Assembly: GCF_055900595.2 (NCBI RefSeq)
Contig: NZ_CM148325.1
Reading direction: 5' to 3' (one strand)
Length of the DNA: 64,000 nucleotides
Part shown: positions 33,404-45,822 of the stretch, piece after piece
Layout of the letters: every line of letters begins with the position of its first letter
Position numbering within the stretch: the stretch's first letter is position 1
The notes under the pieces: model-generated
The model's input: only the letters and a program-made list of their open reading frames with translations
Told to the model about the DNA's origin: nothing
The model's database searches: none
Made by a program: the position numbers and the translations under genes

Positions 33404-34529
33404 GAGAATGTTCCTCCGGATGTTGTTAAACCAGCCGGTGTGGTCATGAAAACAGCGCGCCACCTTCACCGGCATAACAACCGGGGAGAAACGTAAAAAA
33501 TAATCGGGAATGCGGCTGTCCGGAGATAAACGGGGGGATTGCGATGGCAGAGCCGTAGCGGAATCCCGGAGGGGGGGGTTGCGAAAAGATGCTTCCGCAC
33601 GCACGCGCGATAAAGAGGGGATAGTTTTCGTGAGGACAGGGAGAGAAGCAGGCGTTCTGATAATTGCAGAGTTGTTTTCGGAGGTGGTTACAGTGAGTCA
33701 GCCCGTTCCTGGCGAGCAGGAGACTGATATCACCGATGGGATAAGGTTGTCTGATTGGTATTATAAATATAAGAAGTCATCAGAGAGTAACGTAAAGGAT
33801 TTGCCAGAATAACCTAAGAGAGTAAATCTCTCCGGTAACAGAGCGCTGTGAAGCATTCTGTATCAGAGTGCAGATACATGAACGCTGATGCGTAAAATCA
33901 GCAGTGACACGCCAGCTCCCCCTATGCCCATTCCTGTATAAGACATGAACTGAGTGTATTAATGCTTCTGCCCTGAGACTGAGCCGGTGAGTGAGGGGCT
34001 GAGAAATCCCTCTTGACACAGCTCTAACCAGAAATACTTCCCCGGTTGTTGCGGTGCGTCCGGATCCCCGATAACGGAACACTAAGGCTGTATTGCGGGA
34101 CACCGGGTAAGTAGCAGCCCGTAAGGCGTTCTGTCAACGCCAGAAAAAATGATTTCCCACACGCGTTATAGACTCACTCCTGTGGACCTGGAAGCCCGTA
34201 ACTCTGCGTTTGCCCACTGACTGACGGAACTGACCGCAAATTTTACGAGTGCGTGCTGGGCTTCAGTCTGGTCACCTGAGCGTTCGGTAACGGAGGCGCG
34301 GGCGGTAATAGGCTGATTTTCAGGTATTACCGGCTTACAGCGTGTGGTTGATATTGAGGGGCTGTGAGTTTCGCGTATTTGTCAGAAACCCAGACGAGTT
34401 TTCCTGTATGGGACGAAATAAGGCAGCGGCAATACCTGGAAAAATTTAATATGGTATGAAGGAGAACCTGTCGGTTACGCTTAATATACCCGGTACACTG
34501 TCAGCTCAGGGGATACATGAACCGTTATC

Positions 34530-34733
34530 TCACCAGCTACACAGTATATACACACTGACGCTGACAGTAGTCAGCAGGACCACAATAATCAGTGCCAGCA
34601 GTATGGTAACGATACGGTCTGTATTCCGGTAATAGCCGAAGGGGTCGACAGAACCACAATACGGGCAACACACTGTATTATGAGTAATCGCGTTTCCACA
34701 GTCCCTGCACTTCTTTTTGCGTATCACCATCAC
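34530..34733 (-). CDS. Small zinc-ribbon protein with C-terminal TM anchor (67 aa)
   Basis: CRDCGNAITHNTVCCPYCGS followed by hydrophobic IVTILLALIIVVLLTTVSVSVYIL. Confidence 0.45.
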   Translation of the reverse strand: MMVIRKKKCRDCGNAITHNTVCCPYCGSVDPFGYYRNTDRIVTILLALIIVVLLTTVSVSVYILCSW

Positions 34734-34893
34734 TCCCTCCTCACAGCCTTACCCGTAACCGGTTTTTTACATTAAAAAACCAACGCTGAAAATTCAACCG
34801 TCAGTCCGGAGACGACCGTTCGGGTTATCACAGAGTGCCTGAGACAGTGTCCTGCCGGAGGTCACTTCAGGGACTCTGCGCATTTTTTACGAC

Positions 34894-35499
34894 GTGGCTA
34901 TTCCGTATGAACCATACGGAGATTTAACCATGACCTACAAATACAACCCCTTCTGGCAGCAACGTATTCGTGAGACGGTGCGGCACGCACTGAATGTTCA
35001 TCCCCGCCTGACGGCATTGCGGGTTGACCTGCGTTTCCCGGATGTACCGGCAGCAACGGACGCAGCTGTGATATCCCGCTTCATCAATGCCCTGAAAGCC
35101 CGAATCGACGCTTACCAGAAACGTAAGCATCGGGAAGGTAAACGCGTGCATCCCACAACCCTGCATTACGTCTGGGCCCGGGAGTTTGGGGAGTGCAAAG
35201 GTAAAAAACACTATCACCTGATGCTGCTGGTTAACCGGGATACCTGGTGTCGTGCCGGTGATTACCGTGCTCCGGGATCACTGGCCGGGATGATTAAACA
35301 GGCGTGGTGCAGTGCCCTGGGAGTGGATGTCGGGTGCCATGCCACACTGGTGCATTTTCCGGCCTGGCCGGCGGTGTGGCTGGAACGCGATGATGACACT
35401 GGCTTTCAGCAGGTGCTGGAACGTGCTGACTATCTGGCGAAGGAACATACCAAAGCTCACTGCACCGGTGAGCGCAATTTTGGCTGTAGCCGGAGTTGA
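34894..35499 (+). CDS. YagK/YfjJ-family (inovirus Gp2-like) protein
   Basis: 201-aa ORF ...MTYKYNPFWQQRIRETVRHALNVHPRLTALRVDLRFPDV...HYHLMLLVNRD... Confidence 0.6.
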   Translation: MAIPYEPYGDLTMTYKYNPFWQQRIRETVRHALNVHPRLTALRVDLRFPDVPAATDAAVISRFINALKARIDAYQKRKHREGKRVHPTTLHYVWAREFGECKGKKHYHLMLLVNRDTWCRAGDYRAPGSLAGMIKQAWCSALGVDVGCHATLVHFPAWPAVWLERDDDTGFQQVLERADYLAKEHTKAHCTGERNFGCSRS

Positions 35500-35752
35500 G
35501 CACGACTGGCGCGCCAATACCCGGCAAACCAAAAGTATGGGTTGTTGTCTGGCGGCAACGATGTATCCACTCGCCCACTGACTGTTTTTTACGTCAGTGT
35601 TCCATTGTGTGACAACCACAGTGCTGTAACAGCAACCAGCCTGCTTTACCCAAACTCCAGTCCAGATTTTAACTGAACCGCCATTCACACCCTGACCACG
35701 CTGCCCGTACCGGGACGGCTGTTGCCTGCGTGTCGTCTGGCGGCTGAGGAAT

Positions 35753-36160
35753 ATGACTATGTACGCAAAATCCTTTATCGCTCTTGATGGCAACGGACGT
35801 CTGACGGGCGCCCGTACTGCACAGGCCGCACCTTATGCTAACTACACCTGCCACTTGTGTGGCAGTGCACTCAGATACCATCCGCAATACGACACTGAAC
35901 TTCCCTGGTTTGAACACACTGACGACAGGCTGACAGAGCACGGTCAACAGTGCCCTTATGTCAGGCCGGAGCGCAGAGAAATACAGTTGATTAAACGTCT
36001 GCAGCAATTCGTACCGGATGCCTTACCCGTGGTGCGTAAAGCCAGCTGGCACTGCAGACAATGTCACCACGATTATTATGGGGAGCGGTACTGCACACAC
36101 TGCCAGACCGGAGGATTCAGTATTCCCCGGACAACTCAGGAGGAAATATGCGAATTCTGA
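35753..36160 (+). CDS. Zinc-ribbon protein (paralog 1)
   Basis: CHLCGS...PWFEH...QCPY and C-terminal CRQCHHDYYGERYCTHC. Confidence 0.55.
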   Translation: MTMYAKSFIALDGNGRLTGARTAQAAPYANYTCHLCGSALRYHPQYDTELPWFEHTDDRLTEHGQQCPYVRPERREIQLIKRLQQFVPDALPVVRKASWHCRQCHHDYYGERYCTHCQTGGFSIPRTTQEEICEF

Positions 36161-36555
36161 ACTGTTATATGGCGAATGACAGCAAAGGCCATTTTGTTAC
36201 GGCGAAAGAAGCAGCGAAGCACAACCGCCAGGACGTTTTGTGCTGTGTGTCCTGTGGATGCCCGTTAACACTTCAGCGGGGCAATGACGGACAACCACCG
36301 TGGTTTGAACATGACCAGATGACTGTCGCTGAGAAAATCCTGCTGCGATGCACCTGGCTTGACCCGGCAGAGAAAGAGGCCCGTCGTTTGCATCTGCAGG
36401 GTATGACGGTTCCGGATTATACGGTGAAGGTGAGAAAGTGGTTTTGTGTGATGTGTGACGAAAATTATGAGGGGGAAAAGTGCTGCCCGAGTTGTGGTAC
36501 CGGGGTATACAGCAGGGAGGGGGGGCAGGAGGGCAACTGGAAGGATAGGAACTGA
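36148..36555 (+). CDS. Zinc-ribbon protein (paralog 2)
   Basis: Same architecture: CVSCGC...PWFEH...CVMCDENYEGEKCCPSC; start overlaps the stop of paralog 1. Confidence 0.55.
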   Translation: MRILNCYMANDSKGHFVTAKEAAKHNRQDVLCCVSCGCPLTLQRGNDGQPPWFEHDQMTVAEKILLRCTWLDPAEKEARRLHLQGMTVPDYTVKVRKWFCVMCDENYEGEKCCPSCGTGVYSREGGQEGNWKDRN

Positions 36556-36838
36556 GCGGTTCAGTCGCGGAAATCAGTTGCAGAGCTGTAATGATATCTC
36601 CGGGAGTGCTGCGTTGGTAGGGGCATCCCGGGATAGAGAAATTTTAGCACTTTGCCCTGAATGATTGTAGACGTCCCGAGTACTCGTACCGGTCTGAGTT
36701 ATTACAGTTAGATATTCACTTTTTCTCCCGCATACTTCACATCTGTCAACGACGGATGAAAAGTGGTTCTTCCGCAACCTGGGTGGAAGAAAATGGATGA
36801 AACTTTCTGGCGAACAAGGATCTAAGCTGTTTTAAGTT

Positions 36839-38458
36839 ATGGGCAACGCAATGCACTCTCTTAAGACACTTCTACAGTTACCTTGCGGATGGCGATGCAG
36901 TCGACAAATTATTAGCTCTGACGGTATAACCCTCCATCTCCACGGAAAACGCAAAACAGCACAATGTCCTGAATGCTTTAAGCGTAGCGACTCTGTTCAT
37001 AGTTGTCGTCGGCGCCGGATACAGCATCTACCCTGCTCAGGGCAGACGCTATGGCTTGTATTTTCCGTCCGCCACTGGTACTGCCGTAACCCGGCTTGTT
37101 CACGTAAAATTTTTGCCGAGTCGCTTGCTCCCTTCGCCAGTTCACACCAGCAGTCTTCACAGGCGTTACAAAATTAACAACGTCAACTGGGATTAATAGC
37201 TGGAGGTGAGGCTGGAAAACGGGCTGCAACGGCAGTGGGTCTCCGTTGCAGTGCTGATACTCTTCTTCGCAGGCTTATCAATACCCCGGAGACGAAACAG
37301 TCAGGCGCGCCTCATGTCGGTATTGATGAGTGGGCGTGGCATCGGGGCCACTGCTGCGGTATGTTAATAGTCAATCCTGATACTCACCGTCCCCTCGTCC
37401 TGCTTCCCGGCCGTGATCAGCGTACGCTGGCGACCTGGTTCAGAAAATATCCGGAAATACAGGTTGTCTCGCGTGATCGCAGTGGAGTCTATGCGACAGC
37501 AGCACGTGAAGGTGCACCTCAGGCCAGACAGGTGGCCGATCGATGGCACCTGCTAAAAAATATTGGTGATGAGCCTGAACGAATGATGTACAGATATATG
37601 CCTCTGATACGTCTTGTTGTCAGAGAGTTATCACTGAAGAAATCACCTGAGCCAGAAATATCTGTGCCTGTAGCATCGCTCCGTCGTCTGGAACGCCTTA
37701 AACAGCACATCCGCAAAAAACGGCATCAGCGTTGGACAGAGGTTATGGCCCTGCATAACAAGGGATGTAGTTTCAGGGAAATATCCCGTATTACAGGCCT
37801 GTCGCGAGTGACAGTCAGTCGCTGGGTGGGTTCAGGAACATTCCCTGAAATGTCAACTAGGCCTCCAAAGCGAGGGCTTCTGGACCCATGGAGGGAGTGG
37901 TTAAAAGAGCAACGAGAATGTGGTAATTATAACTCCGGCCGGATATGGCGGGAAATGGTGGCCAGGGGGGTTACAGGCAGTGAAACCATCGTCAGGGATG
38001 CTGTTGCCAAATGGCATAAAGGCTGGATCCCACCGGTTACTACTGCCGCAAGACTTCCTTCAGTGTCCCGGGTAAGCCGCTGGTTGATGCCCTGGAGAAT
38101 AATCAGGGGTGAAGAAAATTATGCTTTCCGATTTATTAGTCTGATGTGTGAAAAAGAACCGGAGTTGAAAATAGCGCAGCAACTGGTACTCGAGTTCTAC
38201 CGTATTCTGAAAACCTAAAATAAATCACAGCTAAGCAGCTGGTTCACTCGGGTCCACGAAAGCGGCTCAGCAGAACTTCGGTGCGTAGCTGCGGGGATGG
38301 AAGCTGATGCTGCGGCTATATGTGAGGCAATCAGCAGTCGCTGGAGTACTGGTGTTGTCGAAGGTCATGTAAATCGCCTGAAGGTGCTGATACGCCAGAT
38401 GTATGGTCGAGCCGGACTTGAACTACTTAGGCGGAGGGTAATGAGTCCACTGGCATGA
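36839..38458 (+). pseudogene. ISL3-family transposase, disrupted by frameshifts (three ORF pieces)
   Basis: N-terminal zinc-finger piece (36839-37177), core (37235-38218) and C-terminal tail ...EGHVNRLKVLIRQMYGRAGLELLRRRVM in a third frame. Confidence 0.75.
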
Positions 38459-38509
38459 AAATCTTCACCTAGGTTGAGGAAGAGCCACTTTTGCACTGTT
38501 CGTGACAGT

Positions 38510-38830
38510 ATGGCCTTTATGTACTCACTTTGTTACCGGTAGCTGAATCATCACTACCGTGCTGCAAATGGTGGTGAACAGCATCAATTGTGGAATGAAT
38601 GTTGCCGAAGCGACCAATGCGCCTCGTTTCCACCATCAGTGGTTGCCGGACGAGCTGCGTGTTGAAAAGGGTTTAGTCCGGATACGCTCAAGCTGCTGGA
38701 AGCAAAAGGTCAGAAAGTGGCGCTGAATGAGGCGATGGGCAGCACGCAAAGCATTATGGTTGGGTCGGATGGTGAGTTGTACGGCGCATCCGACTCGCGC
38801 TTGGTGGATGATTTAACGGCGGGGTATTAA
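38510..38830 (+). pseudogene. ggt: 3' fragment of a gamma-glutamyltranspeptidase (ggt) gene copy
   Basis: Translates ...MVVNSINCGMNVAEATNAPRFHHQWLPDELRVEKGFSPDTLKLLEAKGQKVALNEAMGSTQSIMVGSDGELYGASD...DLTAGY*; preceded by an in-frame stop, no N-terminal part. Confidence 0.7.
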
Positions 38831-38869
38831 TTGACATCCCCCGGCGCAGTGTGCCGGGGGATAATGGTT

Positions 38870-39721
38870 TTATGCGGTCAATAATCGTCCGGGATTATCG
38901 ATACAGAGTTTTTTGAGGATCGTTTTATCGACGCCGCGCTCCGCCAGATAGGCCAGAAAAACATCTGGAACAAATCCCCAGCCATTACCGCCATTTTTAG
39001 CCCACATTTGTTTAAGGAAGACATCGTGGCTGAGAACAAGCTGATCGGCGTATCCCAACTCAATGAGATGAGCGACGGCATCGGCAGTCTCCTGCACCCC
39101 TGGCGCTATTCCCTCTTTCGGGAAGGTAATGTCTAGGCCAATCATGTCGAATTCCAGCCAGACACCCTTATCAAGCATTTTCCGCTGATACGCCACGTCT
39201 TTTCCTGACGGATCCGAGTGTGCGAGAGAGACTTTATTTGGCGAGACGCCCATTTCACCTAACACAATGTCGAGTACTTCATCACCGCGACGAAGCCAGC
39301 CCGGCATGTGAATATTCATCGCCACATGAGGATTGTTAATCTGTGCCAGCGAGGCAGCCCGCAAGCTGTTATGCTCGGCTTCGGTAAATGTCGGTGAGAC
39401 ACCTATTTCACCGATCATTCCGGCACGAATATCCGTATCGCCAATCCCTTGATTCAATTCTTTATCAATCGTTGCCGCCAGTTCATCAACCGTTTTATGA
39501 ATTCTCTGGCTTTCAAATTTTTCCAAGTAGGGACCGGAGGAAGCAACAATATTCAGACCTGTTTTTAATGCGACTTCTCGTAATGCCTGCGCATCTCGTC
39601 CGATAGACTCAGACCCTGTGGCATCAACAATGGTGCGACCACCGAGCGAGATAAAGTTATTAATTTCGAAGATCACATCTTCAATAGGTTTGCGGTCCAT
39701 ATTATCAGCGCAGCAATAAGG
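38870..39721 (-). pseudogene. Phosphotriesterase-family (PHP-like) hydrolase gene, 5'-truncated by IS3
   Basis: 276-aa C-terminal ORF of the amidohydrolase/phosphotriesterase fold; N-terminal HxH region missing; frame stays open up to the IS3 end at 39722. Confidence 0.6.
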
Positions 39722-39777
39722 TGATCTTACCCAGCAATAGTGGACACGCGGCTAAGTGAGTAAACTCTCAGTCAGAG

Positions 39778-40086
39778 GTGACTCACATGACAAAAACAGT
39801 ATCAACCAGTAAAAAACCCCGTAAACAGCATTCGCCTGAATTTCGCAGTGAAGCCCTGAAGCTTGCTGAACGCATCGGTGTTACTGCCGCAGCCCGTGAA
39901 CTCAGCCTGTATGAATCACAGCTCTACAACTGGCGCAGTAAACAGCAAAATCAGCAGACGTCTTCTGAACGTGAACTGGAGATGTCTACCGAGATTGCAC
40001 GTCTCAAACGCCAGCTGGCAGAACGGGATGAAGAGCTGGCTATCCTCCAAAAGGCCGCGACATACTTCGCGAAGCGCCTGAAATGA
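39778..40086 (+). CDS. insE: IS3 OrfA (InsE)
   Basis: 102-aa HTH ORF ...[48 protein letters not shown]... Confidence 0.9.
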   Translation: MTHMTKTVSTSKKPRKQHSPEFRSEALKLAERIGVTAAARELSLYESQLYNWRSKQQNQQTSSERELEMSTEIARLKRQLAERDEELAILQKAATYFAKRLK

Positions 40087-40905
40087 AGTATGTCTTTATT
40101 GAAAAACATCAGGCTGAGTTCAGCATCAAAGCAATGTGCCGCGTGCTCCGGGTGGCCCGCAGCGGCTGGTATACGTGGTGTCAGCGGCGGACAAGGATAA
40201 GCACGCGTCAGCAGTTCCGCCAACACTGCGACAGCGTTGTCCTCGCGGCTTTTACCCGGTCAAAACAGCGTTACGGTGCCCCACGCCTGACGGATGAACT
40301 GCGTGCTCAGGGTTACCCCTTTAACGTAAAAACCGTGGCGGCAAGCCTGCGCCGTCAGGGACTGAGGGCAAAGGCCTCCCGGAAGTTCAGCCCGGTCAGC
40401 TACCGCGCACACGGCCTGCCTGTGTCAGAAAATCTGTTGGAGCAGGATTTTTACGCCAGTGGCCCGAACCAGAAGTGGGCAGGAGACATCACGTACTTAC
40501 GTACAGATGAAGGCTGGCTGTATCTGGCAGTGGTCATTGACCTGTGGTCACGTGCCGTTATTGGCTGGTCAATGTCGCCACGCATGACGGCGCAACTGGC
40601 CTGCGATGCCCTGCAGATGGCGCTGTGGCGGCGTAAGAGGCCCCGGAACGTTATCGTTCACACGGACCGTGGAGGCCAGTACTGTTCAGCAGATTATCAG
40701 GCGCAACTGAAGCGGCATAATCTGCGTGGAAAGCTTCTTTCATTCGCTGAAAGTGGAATGTATCCATGGAGAACACTTTATCAGCCGGGAAATAATGCGG
40801 GCAACGGTGTTTAATTATATCGAATGTGATTACAATCGGTGGCGGCGGCACAGTTGGTGTGGCGGCCTCAGTCCGGAACAATTTGAAAACCAGAATCTCG
40901 CTTAG
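40083..40905 (+). pseudogene. insF: IS3 OrfB (InsF) transposase, frameshifted by the 44-bp deletion
   Basis: DDE core intact to ...[12 protein letters not shown]-terminal ...[43 protein letters not shown]... continues in another frame. Confidence 0.8.
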
Positions 40906-42393
40906 GCCTGTGTCCATATTACGTGGGTAGGATCACCGCACTCTTGACATAAGAGTGCGGTCCGTGGAAAACGGAGTTGAAAAAATGGTGTCTGAAAGAA
41001 GGTACCATCATTGCGATGACAAACACTTTGGCGTGGATAATGTAATTAATTGCTGAAATTGACCGTATATGCGGTAAGACTCATATCAGTATCAGGTCCG
41101 GTTAATTGCTGATACTGACATAAACTTTTTACAAAAGGATGAATGCAGAAGGTTACTCTAATGGCCAGAGTGATGACAATGATGGTCAGACGTTGACCTG
41201 CAGAAACTGCATTTTAATTGGTCTATAAAGTCTGCAAGAGGAATCAGGGCCAGATCAGTGAGTCTTATCGCGGCCCGAAGCTATGACTGAAAGAAGGCTG
41301 GATACAGAATTGCAACAATTTGGCAATGTCAGAACACAGAAGCTTTGCAAGCAGGTGAAAGGTTATGTCTAGCAAAAGGAGTATATCAGAATACATCTAC
41401 TGATGTATAAAACACAACAATAGCTTCATGATATATAAATACGTGATGACGAGTGGTACTCCGCATGGTTATTTAACTTCTCAGCACCACTAATGATCCT
41501 GAGCAACTTCGTATTTGGGCCATTGCCATGGAGTAGAAAGCTGTGTCTGAGAATGCAGAATTTGAGAAAAGAATTCGCTTTCTTGGAGAGCTTCTGAAAA
41601 TGGCACGCTAACAACGTTTTGTTAAAAAATGTGAATCACTTGCCGAGGCTGCATTTTCTATTCGAGGAGAATGTTGACGTAGATATTACAGAAATCTCAG
41701 CGCATCAGGATAAACTGCTACCTTAGGTCAACCACCAAAAGAAAATACAATACGTCCAGTTTGTATGCCTTTAATAACACATCTTTTAAATGTTGAAGAA
41801 TTATCCCGCCTGCTGAAGAACGTTGCTCTGAGTGTGATAAACCTTTTTATTCTTGATGATGTCAGCGAGAAGATGGAATATATCCCCGACTGGGTCGTGG
41901 TTACCCGGTTAAACATCTGGTGGCGCTAATAAATCTGGCAAGTCACATTCTGTTGAATGCTGTGACAGTGCCTTACCGAGAGAGCGAAATTGTGGTGTTC
42001 TAGTGCATAGTCGCCACCATTCCGGATAATTCTATTGCGTTGTTTTACAAGTTCTTTTACAGCGCAGATCTGTCGTTGACGTTGAATCAATAGCCTGGAT
42101 TTCAGAACACAATGCCCGTTTGCTGGTTGGTCCGGCAGTAGCATTAATTCATTATCTGAATGAAATGTGTCAATCCACAGAAACCGCTGTCAATGACGCA
42201 TTTTGTCGGACGTTAACACGAGGAAGTCTGGCTATTCCACAATGCCATCTTCTTTCGTAATGGATTGAGAATGCTGGATTTTTAATTATATTACGCGCAG
42301 TATTGATCGTGTAAATGTTTTGCGGTCAGCAATGGTGGGGGATCCATTGTTCTGTTCAATGAATACCATCATACAATTGAATCAGGAGTCGGT

Positions 42394-42939
42394 ATGATGA
42401 TTTTGGTGACGGGGGGCGCACGGAGCGGGAAGAGTCGCCACGCAGAGGCGCTTATTGGGGACTCTTCACAGGTTCTGTATATCGCCACCTCGCAAATCCT
42501 TGATGACGAGATGGCTGCACGGATAGAACATCATCGGCAAGGCCGTCCGGCGCACTGGCGCACGGTGGAGCGTTGGCAACATCTTGATGAATTAATTCAT
42601 GCAGACATTAACCCGCATGAAGCTGTGTTGCTGGAATGCGTTACCACAATGGTGACTAATCTGTTGTTTGATTATGGCGGCGATAAAGACCCTGATGAAT
42701 GGGATTATCAGGCGATGGAACAGGCGATTAATGCTGAGATTCAGTCGTTGATTGCTGCCTGCCAACGTTGCCCCGCAAAGGTTGTATTAGTGACTAACGA
42801 AGTGGGAATGGGGATTGTGCCGGAGAGTCGTCTGGCACGACATTTTCGTGATATTGCCGGGCGGGTAAATCAGCAGCTGGCCGCTGCGGCAAATGAAGTA
42901 TGGCTGGTGGTTTCGGGTATTGGAGTAAAAATCAAATGA
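42394..42939 (+). CDS. cobU: Adenosylcobinamide kinase / adenosylcobinamide-phosphate guanylyltransferase CobU
   Basis: 181-aa ORF with P-loop GGARSGKS. Confidence 0.92.
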   Translation: MMILVTGGARSGKSRHAEALIGDSSQVLYIATSQILDDEMAARIEHHRQGRPAHWRTVERWQHLDELIHADINPHEAVLLECVTTMVTNLLFDYGGDKDPDEWDYQAMEQAINAEIQSLIAACQRCPAKVVLVTNEVGMGIVPESRLARHFRDIAGRVNQQLAAAANEVWLVVSGIGVKIK

Positions 42940-43679
42940 GTAAATTATTTTGGGCGATGCTCTCATTTATTACGCGTCTGCCTGTACCGCGTCGCTGGTC
43001 CCAGGGACTGGATTTCGAGCATTATTCTCGCGGTATTATTACTTTTCCTTTAATTGGATTATTGCTTGGCGCGATTAGCGGGCTGGTCTTCATGGTGCTG
43101 CAGGCATGGTGTGGCGTACCACTGGCGGCACTGTTTAGCGTACTTGTGCTGGCGCTGATGACCGGGGGATTCCACCTAGACGGCCTCGCCGATACCTGTG
43201 ATGGCGTATTTTCTGCACGTAGCCGCGATCGCATGTTGGAAATCATGCGTGATAGCCGTTTAGGTACCCACGGCGGTCTGGCATTGATTTTTGTTGTACT
43301 GGCAAAGATTTTGGTGTTAAGCGAGTTGGCTCTGCGTGGCGAACCGATCCTTGCATCGCTGGCGGCAGCATGTGCGATCAGCCGCGGGACTGCCGCATTA
43401 TTGATGTATCGTCATCGTTATGCCCGGGAAGAAGGGCTTGGCAATGTGTTCATTGGCAAAATTGATGGGCGACAAACCTGCGTCACACTCGGCTTAGCCG
43501 CTATTTTTGCTGCCGTATTATTGCCGGGTATGCATGGTGTGGCTGCTATGGTGGTGACGATGGTGGCGATTTTCATCCTCGGTCAGCTTCTCAAACGTAC
43601 GCTGGGCGGGCAAACCGGCGATACGCTGGGAGCAGCCATAGAGCTTGGTGAACTGGTCTTCCTGCTGGCACTGCTATAA
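42936..43679 (+). CDS. cobS: Cobalamin 5'-phosphate synthase CobS
   Basis: Multi-[23 protein letters not shown]...; start overlaps cobU stop. Confidence 0.9.
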
Positions 43680-43690
43680 AGAGACGTGAC

Positions 43691-44770
43691 ATGCAAACAC
43701 TTGCCAATTTACTGAATACGATCCCTGCCATCGATCCTGCCGCTATGTCGCGTGCACAACGGCATATTGACGGGTTACTCAAACCTGTTGGTAGCCTGGG
43801 AAGGCTGGAGGCGCTTGGCGTACAACTGGCGGGAATGCCGGGGTTGAATGGCATACCGCATGTGGGCAAAAAAGCGGTACTGGTTATGTGTGCCGATCAC
43901 GGCGTCTGGGAGGAAGGGGTCGCTATTTCCCCAAAAGAAGTGACAGCCATTCAGGCTGAAAATATGACCCGCGGAACAACCGGCGTGTGTGTGCTGGCAG
44001 CACAAGCGGGCGCTAACGTCCACGTAATTGATGTTGGTATTGATACTGCTGAGCCTATCCCCGGGCTTATCAACATGCGTGTCGCACGAGGTAGCGGCAA
44101 TATTGCTTCAGCTCCGGCAATGAGTCGCCGTCAGGCTGAAAAGTTACTTTTGGACGTCATATGTTATACGCGGGAGCTGGCAAAAAACGGTGTCACGCTG
44201 TTTGGTGTAGGTGAACTGGGGATGGCAAACACGACACCGGCAGCAGCAATAGTCAGCACAATCACTGGCCGGGATCCTGAAGAAGTGGTTGGGATTGGCG
44301 CAAACCTGCCGACAGATAAACTGGCTAATAAAATTGATGTTGTGCGCCGGGCGATTACGTTGAATCAGCCAAATCCGCAGGATGGCGTTAATGTTCTGGC
44401 AAAAGTGGGTGGATTTGATTTGGTCGGAATGGCTGGCGTGATGTTAGGCGCTGCTTCCTGCGGTTTACCCGTGTTGCTGGATGGATTTCTTTCTTATGCT
44501 GCTGCGCTCGCAGCCTGCCAGATGTCTCCTGCAATCAAACCGTATCTCATTCCTTCTCACCTGTCGGCAGAAAAAGGGGCGCGTATAGCGCTGTCGCATT
44601 TGGGGCTGGAGCCTTTTCTCAATATGGATATGCGTTTAGGTGAGGGGAGTGGCGCAGCTCTGGCGATGCCCATCATCGAAGCTGCTTGTGCGATATACAA
44701 CAACATGGGCGAACTTGCTGCCAGTAAAATTGTTCTACCGGGGAATACGACTTCTGATTTGAACAGTTAA
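43691..44770 (+). CDS. cobT: Nicotinate-nucleotide--dimethylbenzimidazole phosphoribosyltransferase CobT
   Basis: 359-aa [43 protein letters not shown]... Confidence 0.92.
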
Positions 44771-44831
44771 AAACGAAAAGTCTGATAAAAGCTATACTTA
44801 ACCGATAGCTTTCGCGACTTAGGAAAGGGAC

Positions 44832-45767
44832 ATGATGCGTCGTGTAAATATTCTTTGCTCATTTGCTCTGCTTTTTGCCAGCCATACTAGCCTGGCGGTA
44901 ACTTATCCATTACCTCCAGAGGGTAGCCGTTTAGTGGGGCAGTCGCTTACTGTAACTGTTCCTGATCACAATACCCAGCCGCTGGAGACTTTTGCCGCAC
45001 AATACGGGCAAGGGTTAAGTAACATGCTGGAAGCGAATCCGGGCGCTGATGTCTTCTTACCGAAGTCAGGTTCGCAACTCACCATTCCGCAGCAACTGAT
45101 TTTGCCCGCCACTGTTCGTAAAGGGATTGTGGTTAACGTCGCTGAGATGCGTCTTTATTACTACCCACCAGACAGTAATACTGTGGAAGTCTTTCCTATT
45201 GGTATCGGCCAGGCTGGGCGAGAAACCCCGCGTAACTGGGTGACTACCGTTGAACGTAAACAAGAAGCACCAACCTGGACGCCAACGCCGAACACCCGGC
45301 GCGAATATGCGAAACGAGGGGAGAGTTTGCCCGCATTTGTTCCTGCGGGGCCCGATAATCCCATGGGGCTGTACGCGATTTATATTGGCAGGCTATATGC
45401 CATCCACGGTACCAATGCCAATTTTGGTATTGGGCTCCGGGTAAGTCAGGGCTGTATTCGTCTGCGCAATGACGATATCAAATATCTGTTTGATAATGTT
45501 CCTGTAGGTACTCGTGTGCAAATTATTGATCAGCCAGTGAAATACACAACGGAACCGGATGGTTCAAAGTGGCTGGAAGTTCATGAGCCGCTGTCGCGCA
45601 ATCGTGCTGAATATGAGTCTGACCGAAAAGTGCCATTGCCGGTAACCCCATCTTTGCGGGCGTTTATCAACGGGCAAGAAGTTGATGTGAATCGCGCAAA
45701 TGCTGCGTTGCAACGTCGATCGGGAATGCCTGTGCAAATTAGTTCTGGTTCAAGACAGATGTTTTAA
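44832..45767 (+). CDS. ldtA: L,D-transpeptidase LdtA (ErfK)
   Basis: Signal peptide, LysM-like region and YkuD catalytic motif [20 protein letters not shown]. Confidence 0.9.
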   Translation: MMRRVNILCSFALLFASHTSLAVTYPLPPEGSRLVGQSLTVTVPDHNTQPLETFAAQYGQGLSNMLEANPGADVFLPKSGSQLTIPQQLILPATVRKGIVVNVAEMRLYYYPPDSNTVEVFPIGIGQAGRETPRNWVTTVERKQEAPTWTPTPNTRREYAKRGESLPAFVPAGPDNPMGLYAIYIGRLYAIHGTNANFGIGLRVSQGCIRLRNDDIKYLFDNVPVGTRVQIIDQPVKYTTEPDGSKWLEVHEPLSRNRAEYESDRKVPLPVTPSLRAFINGQEVDVNRANAALQRRSGMPVQISSGSRQMF

Positions 45768-45792
45768 GAGCGTTGGTAATTAGAAAGCAAAA

Positions 45793-45818
45793 AGCCTGCT
45801 AGAAAGCAGGCTTTTTTG
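45793..45818 (+). terminator. Rho-independent terminator after ldtA
   Basis: AGCCTGCT-AGAA-AGCAGGCT followed by TTTTTTG. Confidence 0.8.
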
Positions 45819-45822
45819 AATT

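Larger units (their letters stand above)
39722..40935 (+). mobile_element. IS3 copy with a 44-bp internal deletion (1214 bp instead of 1258 bp)
   Basis: Ends TGATCTTACCCAGCAATAGTGGACACG... and ...CCATATTACGTGGGTAGGATCA; orfB loses frame at CTGCGTGGAA (~40731); no 3-bp TSD. Confidence 0.8.

Noticed and set aside
40936-42393. AT-rich 1.4 kb between IS3 and cobU with ORFs of 60-72 aa
   Set aside because: No coding signal or motif recognised; probably intergenic or decayed sequence.
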